From a virus (taxonomy: Duplodnaviria; Caudoviricetes), in IMG/VR virus record IMGVR_UViG_3300037483_001358, positions 1 through 26,521 of that record: 26,521 bases of DNA; one strand, given 5' to 3'. The position numbers and the translations under genes are program-made. This document shows positions 18,106 through 26,073 of the stretch, piece after piece. Under the pieces are notes generated by a model. That model worked only from the letters and a program-made list of their open reading frames with translations. It was not told the DNA's origin and made no database searches. Numbering within the stretch: position 1 is the first letter of the stretch; the number at the start of each line of letters is the position of its first letter.

Positions 18106-18660
18106 ATGAATTATGTTTCATCTCAAAGTTTCCTGTACTTCGGGTGCTGGACGGACACGGGTGGTGGCCATTATCTATGGAACACGCGCGGGGACCACGC
18201 TGGGCACACAGAGCGTCAGAAGCTCCCGTGGGATCAGATTGACGGCGTGCTTCAGCCCGGTTGCAACTTACATGGCAAGGACATGTATCCTAGGAGACAA
18301 GAAATTCAGGGCCACGCAGCTCTGCACCACAAAGAAGGATGGACGGCGTTGTGCTTTTGGGACCGATCGGAAGACATACGAGGGGGATGCAACAGCAATT
18401 TCTTCGCGCGGGGAATATTCAACTTCGATGAGATGGTTCAAATGGCAAAGGCAATGTTTCCGATCGTCTGGGAAAGATTCAACTTCCCGGTGCTTCTCGT
18501 ATGGAACAACGGCTTGCCTGTGCCGGACATCATGACGATGGAAGAAAAAGCGGCAGACTATGCCCGCGTGGTTGACGAACTGAAGACTGTGCTGAAGGAA
18601 CGAGACAAGTTGCGTGAAAAGCTCGCAGAAGTCCCGTTTTTGACAGGTCAGGAACGTTAA
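18106..18660 (+). CDS. Hypothetical phage protein (YFG..GH.L / WT.L.FWDRS.D.R.GCNS.F motifs) with a C-terminal coiled coil
   Basis: 184-aa ORF, last gene of the plus-strand cluster. Confidence 0.7.
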   Translation: MNYVSSQSFLYFGCWTDTGGGHYLWNTRGDHAGHTERQKLPWDQIDGVLQPGCNLHGKDMYPRRQEIQGHAALHHKEGWTALCFWDRSEDIRGGCNSNFFARGIFNFDEMVQMAKAMFPIVWERFNFPVLLVWNNGLPVPDIMTMEEKAADYARVVDELKTVLKERDKLREKLAEVPFLTGQER

Positions 18661-18683
18661 AGCACTTTGCGCGCAGTAAGCAC

Positions 18684-18875
18684 TTATTTTCCTATTCTAA
18701 TCGTCTCAAACGATCCAAACAGCCCGAACGCGCTCAACAGCCATAGCACCACAGCTATGATCACAACCACGTTCAGAATCCTCCGAATCTTTACATCCAT
18801 GGGAATGAAGCTGTTCACCACCCACAGAAGCAGACCGATTACGACCAATACTATGATCAGATGTATGAGTGTCAT
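18684..18875 (-). CDS. Small two-TM membrane protein, Thivi_2564-like
   Basis: LIIVLVVIGLLLWVVNSFIPMD.KIRRILNVVVIIAVVLWLL matches the family pattern as I recall it; GGGGG upstream. Confidence 0.75.
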   Translation of the reverse strand: MTLIHLIIVLVVIGLLLWVVNSFIPMDVKIRRILNVVVIIAVVLWLLSAFGLFGSFETIRIGK

Positions 18876-18968
18876 GATGCCCCCATTGTGTCGTCACAGT
18901 TGCGTGGCGAGTTTGATCCCATAAAGCTACTGTAGTATAAGTCTAACTCTTCAGTTTATGCTGATCTG

Positions 18969-20585
18969 TCACATAATTTTCAGCCAAACCTGCTTTGGCA
19001 ATTCTTCAGCTTTTAGCAGCCCAGTGTTAGCCGCAAACTGATACTCCGTCATGTGGGCGCTGCGAGCCATGTCCCAAACAGTCTTTTTGTGAACCCTCTT
19101 ACCAGTTTTGGGGTCTGTGTAATAGTACGATTTCACAGCATCCGGAAGCTGTCGCCAATTTGACGCTTTGTAAATGGTCCCGATATCTCCGACCGTAGGA
19201 TCCGAAAAGCTGAGCACGGCGTCGACGTTTGGAAAAGCGGCCTTGCACAGGTCGAGAAAACGTTTCAAGCAATAACTGGCCATATTTTTAGCTGACACGT
19301 TGGGTCGAATGCAGAATCGGCGCAGCTCCCTTAGCTGCTTTGGTCCGAGATTGGTCCCAACGCATCTATTCACTTTCTGAATGGACTGCTGTCTGGTTAC
19401 CCCGCCGAATGCGCACACGGCCGCCAAAGTGCCCCCGTCAAAGGCACCGAAACAAGAAGCGACCGTGCCCAAGTTCCCCAAATAATGAAATTGTGCCAAG
19501 AAAGAGTGGGCATCACTGTTTGACACGCTTTGAAACGTCAAGCGATGGAGATCGACACGCAATGGGGGCTCCAACACTTTCCCAATATGAAAGTCCAGAA
19601 CCTTCCGGATCCTCCCCATATGCAATTCATGCTCCCATAACCATATAAGCTTATGGCTGGTATGGCTCTCTATGTAGCTAGATTTAGCCCTATCCTGAGG
19701 AGTCCCGGCGTAACCATTCTTCTTGAAATCGTGAAAATAGTCCCCCTGGCACTCGATCAACAGGTCACACGATGGAATGTAAAAGTCAAATGAATACGGA
19801 CCAATTTCAACATTTCGCTGGAACGGAACCTGATAAACACCAGTGAGGACTGTTTCAACGATTTGTTCTGTTTTCGGGTTGGCAAGCTTGAGCTGCACTG
19901 ATGGGATGTCCAGTGTCGTGCTTACACCATATTTGGTTTGCAGTGTCTTGACAGTTTTTCTCCTAATGCATTTTGGACATGCAACGTTTCCAGCGCGCTG
20001 TGCATACTTGGACATCGCAAGCACAACATCCGTCTTGCAATAAGCGCAAACAGCAACGATTTTCTTAGTCGTAAACAGGTTAAGTTCGAGCGGAGAGTAC
20101 CCGAATTTGGACATGGTTGCCTCAGTGTTCACATCCAAGAAGTCCAACTTCGGGCGATGGGACTTCCAGTACTCGTGCGGGTCTTCTGTGCTTTTAGACT
20201 TGGCATAGTGCGACGCAGTGGCATCACATCTCTTACAGGCCGTGACTGGTTTGCGATTGACAATACATAAGCTGGTGTGAAACATCGAGCGGCAAAAATC
20301 GCATTTTGCCACAACCTTCTTGACGGAGTTTGACCCCAAGTCCAGCGCAGAGTATCCGTACTCAGCCTTAGTGGCGTCATCATCAACGGCGCTCTTGATG
20401 GGCCGCCGCCTGTCCGTATAAAACTGGTGCTTGTCGCCGACTGCTTTGGTCAGCGTCCACGCTGCCGCAAGAGAGCGACACTTGCCGCACGTTATAGATG
20501 ACGTCCTACTGACAGACTTGAGTGTAGACTTGAACGGGGACAGACAGAATTCACAGATGAATTCTGTCTGTTGAGCATGACCCAT
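18969..20585 (-). CDS. Zinc-ribbon repeats + DUF559/Vsr-like PD-(D/E)XK endonuclease + Mom-family (GNAT) domain fusion
   Basis: CxxC pairs with ATxxx(Y/F)GYS repeats; FDFYIP..LLIECQGDYFH...D..K...LWEHE; FHYLG...AVCAFG...ELRRFC...NMAS...VLSFSDPTVGDIGTIYKASNW. Confidence 0.8.
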   Translation of the reverse strand: MGHAQQTEFICEFCLSPFKSTLKSVSRTSSITCGKCRSLAAAWTLTKAVGDKHQFYTDRRRPIKSAVDDDATKAEYGYSALDLGSNSVKKVVAKCDFCRSMFHTSLCIVNRKPVTACKRCDATASHYAKSKSTEDPHEYWKSHRPKLDFLDVNTEATMSKFGYSPLELNLFTTKKIVAVCAYCKTDVVLAMSKYAQRAGNVACPKCIRRKTVKTLQTKYGVSTTLDIPSVQLKLANPKTEQIVETVLTGVYQVPFQRNVEIGPYSFDFYIPSCDLLIECQGDYFHDFKKNGYAGTPQDRAKSSYIESHTSHKLIWLWEHELHMGRIRKVLDFHIGKVLEPPLRVDLHRLTFQSVSNSDAHSFLAQFHYLGNLGTVASCFGAFDGGTLAAVCAFGGVTRQQSIQKVNRCVGTNLGPKQLRELRRFCIRPNVSAKNMASYCLKRFLDLCKAAFPNVDAVLSFSDPTVGDIGTIYKASNWRQLPDAVKSYYYTDPKTGKRVHKKTVWDMARSAHMTEYQFAANTGLLKAEELPKQVWLKIM

Positions 20586-20703
20586 GCAAAATCATACACC
20601 TCAAAATAGTTTCTTCGCAAGCCTCTTGGCTGCCAAAAATGGACTCCGAGCTGTTCAGCCACCCCACTCGAAGGCGAACAACATACGGACGATCGTGCGA
20701 AAG

Positions 20704-20815
20704 TTACTCCAACTCTGCAAGAGCTATTTGGTCAACATGAACGCCAAGCCGATTCTCATGGGTTTCCCGCATGCGCTCTATGAATTCAGAAGAGGATTGG
20801 TGTTGTAGAGCCCAT
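20704..20815 (-). pseudogene. Possible collapsed remnant of a GIY-YIG-type gene
   Basis: Same leader and MGST start as 4308..5456 but stops after 9 codons; another frame reads ...SSSEFIERMRETHENR...LAELE*, resembling the GIY-YIG C-terminal repeats. Confidence 0.3.
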
Positions 20816-20831
20816 GAAAAAACTCTACCAA
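20805..20831. repeat. Copy 2 of the exact 27-bp element GTAGAGCCCATGAAAAAACTCTACCAA
   Basis: Identical to 5446..5472 and in the same orientation; 21 nt from the sheath stop codon. Confidence 0.95.
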
Positions 20832-20852
20832 GGAAAACGGTCCTAGTCAAGA

Positions 20853-23800
20853 TCAACTGCGTATGCGAATGTTGAGCGAGCTAAGTATATACTCAAGCGG
20901 AAAAACCGGGACGTAGATCGACTCGGTTCTCATGACAGTGGGGTCGGTTTCGTCAACCGTAGACGCTATTCCAGCAACAGTGGCAACAATTTGCTGGGAG
21001 ATCATGTTCCCGAACAAACCAGTTACGACACCCTCTGCGGACTTGAGCAAAGAGGATGAGAACTTCTGCCCAATGAACGGGTCCAAAACCTCCCTCATCG
21101 ATTGCTGAACATGATGAATGATGAGAGTGACGGACGGAGTTTTGGTGATGACCGTGTCCATGCGGGTCGTGAGACCATGGCGAATACGGATTCCGGCGTC
21201 CACCTGTTCCAATATCGTCACGCCGGCAACAGCGACCTGGTTGGCCTCTGTCGGGTCAAGAACGCGTCCAATTCGCTTGAAGCCCATGATGGACCGGCGC
21301 GTCCACGGAGTTGCGACGTCAACAGACGGATTGCAGCTTGCTCCTGCGAGCGCGGCCGCCATGAACGATCCGTCCACAACTTGGTCAATCGAGTTTCCCT
21401 GCTCGTCCACAATCGAAATGACGTAAACGTCGGGGTAGGCCACAACCATCATTTCTGACAGCAAAGCCTTGGAGATCGACTGAACGCCGAGCGAACTCGT
21501 TCCCGCAGCGGGACCGACAACCCCGATACGCTCCCCTTCTTGACGAGGAGCGCTCATGAACACGCAGTGCTGGTTCAAGAAAGCGAACACCTGGGGGTCA
21601 GTCACAAGAGGCGTGATGACGTCAGGTTTCACGTTTCCAGTAATCGGCTTCCGCTGTTCGTCAATGGCCTCAGTGTAAGCAGCCACAGAAGCCTGTGAGG
21701 AGTTTGCAGCCTTGACGACTTGTTTCAGACCAACAAGCACCGAGCCATTGAGCATCGCCAAACGAGCTGCAAGCGAAAGCGGATTGCTCGGAGTAGGAAG
21801 ACCGAAATTCGACTGAATCTTCTTGAGATCTCGATAGAGACCCGTGGTCAGATCCGTCTTTGCGTAATCGTACGACACGTAGTACACGTCGCCGATCTGA
21901 GGCTCTGTGCCGCTTCTGCTGTACGTAGACAAAATCGCTGTGCTGTCAGTTCCCACATTTGTCGTGTTGAACACAGTGGTTTCCACGCCCGGAATGGCCC
22001 TCCAAGGAAGGTTGGCGTCACAGATGAACGTGGAATCGACCAGCATGGTGAAACTGCCGCCGCTAGCATAGTCCCCAACTGCAAGAGGCAAAATCGTGAA
22101 CCGTAGGCCAGTGACGGCGTCGGTGTACGTCTGCCCGGGGATTCCCGTTCCAGAAGAGCCTGAAGCTCCAGCAGACGAAGTGACGATATATCCACTCTTT
22201 GCCGCTTCTCCGACATCGCCGCTCGTTCCAGGAACAATCCCGATGCCGGTGTCGTCAACAAACACTGTGTTGGTCGCACTGCTGAACGACAAAGTCGAAG
22301 TCGACCCTGTGGTCAAAGAATCGATCAGCAAGAACGATCCAAGACCAGCAGCCGCAATCGACCACGCAGCGGCGAGAGCAATGAACGACGCGTTGGCGTT
22401 CAAAGCTCCAGCTATATCAGCAGAAGTTGGCTGGTGTCGCGAAGCTGACGAGTTGTTCGTAAATCCGAGCTTTGCGTTTGCCGTTCCAATTCCAACAGTG
22501 ACAGAAGAGGTGACATCGTCCACCTCGGAGAAAAGCGCGAGCATCCCAGCATTCGCGCCGAGCCCAGACTTGGCAATCAGCTCCGAAATGGAGTTGGTCT
22601 CGCCGTTGACAACGTCGCCACCGCCAATGTGGTAAACAGTGCTGACAATGTGCGTGTTATACTTGGCTTTAAGCTCATACGCCAAGATGAGCAAACTTCG
22701 AAGGTTTGTGGCATTCGGAGCGGTGACCACGTTCACGCTATCAGAAACAGTATGATATGCTCCTCCATCGTTGGCAATGTGAAGAGCATACTCTGTTTTT
22801 GCGGCATTTGCCAACGTGATGGCTGTGGCAAGATCCGTGCAGTCAGCCGCAGCAATTGCGTTGGCGATATCCGCCACAGTATGATACACTGCGCTAGCAA
22901 TGTGCGTGTTGTAATTGAGCTTCAAACTGTTCAACAACACGACGGCGTCTGCCAACAGAATGGCCTGGTCAACTGCCGGGGCGGACCCTGCGTACCATGC
23001 GTTGACATAGTTGACAACGGCCTCGAGCGACACGGCCGATCCGGAAGGAAGAGTTGCCGTATAGCTGACTCCATCGATTCCGAACAAAAAGCCATCGTTG
23101 ACGCCCGCGGAAATGGAAAAGGGCTCCGCAATCGTCCCAACCATGGTGGCCGGCTGATTGATCGCGCTCCATGAACCGTTTGCGGCGTCTCCTGGAATCA
23201 AGCCGAGCTTGTTTGAAGCGTCGACCTGTCCAACTCCGGTCGGGGTGAGAACGGTTACGTTTGACACGAGACCATTTGTTTGGGTCTTCAGATTTTGGCC
23301 AGAAATGAGCAAAAGCGCCTGTGTCCCGTAAGTCACAGAGGAGGCGAGGCCCTGGCTCAAGAAAGAAGCGACTGGCTCCACGATGACGTTTACCGTGTCG
23401 CCTGCGGCGTCGTGAATCGGCGTCCCGCCTGAGAGATCGATGCGATGCGCTTCGTACTGAGTGCGCAGATCGTTGACCAAAGCGAGTGCCAAGGCGATGC
23501 TGGCAGCCGTGGGGCTGCCCATTGTGACAGCAAGCGCTGTCAGAACGTTGGTGCCGTCGATCGATCCGTGCCAAGTTCCAGCCGCCAAGTGCGCCGTGTA
23601 TTGGGTGCGCAATTCGTTCAACAACGTGACGACAGAAGTCCAGTCCGTCGCAGCCGGGGACGCAATCGTATTTGTTGAGTCGGCCGCAAGATGCCACGTG
23701 CCCATCGCCAAGTGCGCGATGTACTTGGCGCGCACGTCGTTGGCAAGATCGACAATTGTTTCAAAATCGCTTGTGGTGGCAAAGCTGTCTGACCCATCGC

Positions 23801-25943
23801 TATGAACCTGAGTGTCAACATCAATGGCAGCGTTAATCGCGCTAACCACTGTTGCGATGGTGGTCAAACCAGTCAACGCCACTGGCGCCAGATCAATCCC
23901 ATCAATGCGAAGAGCAAGATGGTCAGTCGTTGTGAACACCAAAGCAGTCGGATCGTCAATCGGATCACTGAGAAGCTGCGCTTGGAATCCGTTGCTCAAG
24001 CTAACCGAAACAGGAATGCCGTCGACGATCACATTCCCAAAAACGCGGGAATACGTATAGATGTCGTATGGGCTAGGATTGGCGTTCGAGAACGACGCAT
24101 GGGTCGCTGGCATGAGAGAACTGTCAAACGTGACAGTGATGGTTTCCGAAACCGGGGCCCCGCCGTAGTGGACCGCGTCCGACAAACGCTCAACGCCGGA
24201 TGGCCATTGAACAGTTTGAGGCAAATTCGTCTTGGAGCCAAACCGAACTTGAAACTTCGGTTGACCGCTGGAATCGGCCGTGACAGTGAACTTCCCAACT
24301 CCGCTTGGTCCGGAAGCAGTGCACTTAAGCGTGTACTGCTCGTCGACGATCGTGTTGTACCAGAACGTCGCGTATGCCTTGTAATCGGCAGGGACAGGGT
24401 TCTTGAGGGTGAGCGTTCCGGTGGCCGACTCAACTGCCATGACTGGCACGGAAGGACGAGAAAAAGCGTCTCGGAACGTCTTGCCGGTATACACAGTGAC
24501 AAGGTCGGGCCGATTTGTCGGCAAATCGATTCGGCCGTTCGTAACAGTTTGATACAACGATATCCCGAGAGGCGTGTCGCGTCCGTTTCCAGTCGTAGGC
24601 GTCAAGGGCATGACGAACTTGGTAGTGGAAATTGTGTTCGTCACTGGATCGGTGTACCGCTCACATTCCGCGCCATACATCCTGTTGTCCACCAACAGGC
24701 CATATGCTTGAGTTCCATCAAACGAGACGTTTCCAGTCTTTTGCCCGCTGGCAATTTGAATCGCCGTCCCCCATTGTATGATGGATTGGTCGCGATCGTT
24801 GACAACGATGAAATCGGTTCCGTTGATATAATCGCGCCTTCCGGGAGCAATGCCGATGTTTCCAACAGTGACAACATTGCTGTTTGGAAGATAGTCAAAC
24901 GTGTCTTGGAACGTGTTGAAGTAATACTGGATCGTGACAACGGATCCAGCCCTGGGGGCGAACGGAAGCGTGACGAGCCGATTGACCCCGTCAACTGCGC
25001 TGGCAATGACTTGGACGCCATTCACCATGACCACGACCTTTGAAGTGTCTGTGGTAGTGATGCCCCCATCAAGCCCATCAACAATGGGACCGTTGGCAAC
25101 GCGGAACACAGAGCTTCGTCCCGTGTAGTCCCCAGGATTGAACCCGAGAGCGGAAGCAGCATTCGGGCTGTCGGTTGAGACAAGGACGTTTCCGAGAGCA
25201 ATCAGCTGAACATGGTTGAGGCCCTGGGCATCAATGTGGACAGATGCGGACAAACCAGACACGGCTGCCGCAGTGATGTCGTTCGCCACTTCAGCAGCCG
25301 TTCGCGTTCCGCCGGCCAGAGTGACGCTTACCGGGGTTGTGTCGTCCAAAATCAAATGGAGAACGTCATTGGTCCCCGTGGTGATGTCGTATGTCTCAGC
25401 TTGCGGAGCAATGAGAACTGCAGACCCGTCTGTCACCTGACTAGACACGTCGTCAGTGATGCGCGTGTCTTTTCGGTGGAAATAGTAGCTAATGGACACG
25501 CTGTCTGTCAATTCAGTCGGGAGCAGCAAAGAAACGATGCCGTTCTGGCCATCCAGTTGAGAAACGACAACTTGTTGACCGTTCACAGTCACAGAAACCT
25601 TGGACGGGTCGTACGTCACTTTCCCAGTGCCGTTGCCATCCACAACAGGATAATTGCGAACTCTGAATCTGGTATACGATCCGTCTTGAGGTCCAACAGT
25701 CGGACTGCTGTTGGTCCCGCCCGTTACCCACCTTCCGGCAGCGTCCTCACCAAAAATCGGGGTGTCAGCGACGCTGCTTGACCCACGAATGATCTCAAAA
25801 TCGGTTTGAGAAAGCGTCTCTTTCCCAGTTCCGACCAGAACTGGGACGCGCAAACCACCAAGAAGCTGGCCAACAGCCGGCTCAGAAGTGGTGTAGGTGT
25901 AAACACCTGGAGGTGCGTAGGTGGTGAACGGTCCAGTACTCAT
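20853..25943 (-). CDS. Giant tail sheath protein with multiple inserted domains
   Basis: N-terminal YAPPGVYT. The C-terminal ~330 aa form a sheath core (ERIGVVG...VAYP...DGSFMAAALAG...T...I.GF...GVTILE...IRHGLTT...FIGQK...PVFPLEYI). SD TAAGGAG. Confidence 0.88.
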   Translation of the reverse strand: MSTGPFTTYAPPGVYTYTTSEPAVGQLLGGLRVPVLVGTGKETLSQTDFEIIRGSSSVADTPIFGEDAAGRWVTGGTNSSPTVGPQDGSYTRFRVRNYPVVDGNGTGKVTYDPSKVSVTVNGQQVVVSQLDGQNGIVSLLLPTELTDSVSISYYFHRKDTRITDDVSSQVTDGSAVLIAPQAETYDITTGTNDVLHLILDDTTPVSVTLAGGTRTAAEVANDITAAAVSGLSASVHIDAQGLNHVQLIALGNVLVSTDSPNAASALGFNPGDYTGRSSVFRVANGPIVDGLDGGITTTDTSKVVVMVNGVQVIASAVDGVNRLVTLPFAPRAGSVVTIQYYFNTFQDTFDYLPNSNVVTVGNIGIAPGRRDYINGTDFIVVNDRDQSIIQWGTAIQIASGQKTGNVSFDGTQAYGLLVDNRMYGAECERYTDPVTNTISTTKFVMPLTPTTGNGRDTPLGISLYQTVTNGRIDLPTNRPDLVTVYTGKTFRDAFSRPSVPVMAVESATGTLTLKNPVPADYKAYATFWYNTIVDEQYTLKCTASGPSGVGKFTVTADSSGQPKFQVRFGSKTNLPQTVQWPSGVERLSDAVHYGGAPVSETITVTFDSSLMPATHASFSNANPSPYDIYTYSRVFGNVIVDGIPVSVSLSNGFQAQLLSDPIDDPTALVFTTTDHLALRIDGIDLAPVALTGLTTIATVVSAINAAIDVDTQVHSDGSDSFATTSDFETIVDLANDVRAKYIAHLAMGTWHLAADSTNTIASPAATDWTSVVTLLNELRTQYTAHLAAGTWHGSIDGTNVLTALAVTMGSPTAASIALALALVNDLRTQYEAHRIDLSGGTPIHDAAGDTVNVIVEPVASFLSQGLASSVTYGTQALLLISGQNLKTQTNGLVSNVTVLTPTGVGQVDASNKLGLIPGDAANGSWSAINQPATMVGTIAEPFSISAGVNDGFLFGIDGVSYTATLPSGSAVSLEAVVNYVNAWYAGSAPAVDQAILLADAVVLLNSLKLNYNTHIASAVYHTVADIANAIAAADCTDLATAITLANAAKTEYALHIANDGGAYHTVSDSVNVVTAPNATNLRSLLILAYELKAKYNTHIVSTVYHIGGGDVVNGETNSISELIAKSGLGANAGMLALFSEVDDVTSSVTVGIGTANAKLGFTNNSSASRHQPTSADIAGALNANASFIALAAAWSIAAAGLGSFLLIDSLTTGSTSTLSFSSATNTVFVDDTGIGIVPGTSGDVGEAAKSGYIVTSSAGASGSSGTGIPGQTYTDAVTGLRFTILPLAVGDYASGGSFTMLVDSTFICDANLPWRAIPGVETTVFNTTNVGTDSTAILSTYSRSGTEPQIGDVYYVSYDYAKTDLTTGLYRDLKKIQSNFGLPTPSNPLSLAARLAMLNGSVLVGLKQVVKAANSSQASVAAYTEAIDEQRKPITGNVKPDVITPLVTDPQVFAFLNQHCVFMSAPRQEGERIGVVGPAAGTSSLGVQSISKALLSEMMVVAYPDVYVISIVDEQGNSIDQVVDGSFMAAALAGASCNPSVDVATPWTRRSIMGFKRIGRVLDPTEANQVAVAGVTILEQVDAGIRIRHGLTTRMDTVITKTPSVTLIIHHVQQSMREVLDPFIGQKFSSSLLKSAEGVVTGLFGNMISQQIVATVAGIASTVDETDPTVMRTESIYVPVFPLEYILSSLNIRIRS

Positions 25944-25948
25944 AGTTG

Positions 25949-25955
25949 CTCCTTA
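25949..25955 (-). promoter_or_regulatory. Shine-Dalgarno site (TAAGGAG) of the sheath gene
   Basis: TAAGGAG, 5 nt before the ATG at 25943. Confidence 0.8.
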
Positions 25956-26073
25956 AAGTGGTATTCGTATATATATGTGACAACTTTTTTTGGTCTGCGT
26001 GTTACTATGCGTATGACACAAAGACTTCATCAGGAGCTTGGTGTTATTGTTCCCACAAAATAGAAGGCTATTG

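Noticed and set aside
20584-20808. 74-aa plus-strand ORF
   Set aside because: No RBS or motif, and it overlaps the start and promoter-like region of the opposite gene.
23802-25043. Long antisense ORFs (413 aa here; also 1793..2587, 10295..10951, 13539..14156)
   Set aside because: They are shadows of genuine opposite-strand genes and have no recognisable motifs.
4282-26040. Shared late-promoter motif (T-rich + TG, e.g. CTTTATGG, CCTTATGA, TATTATGA) upstream of minus-strand genes
   Set aside because: Too degenerate to establish by eye; needs motif statistics.
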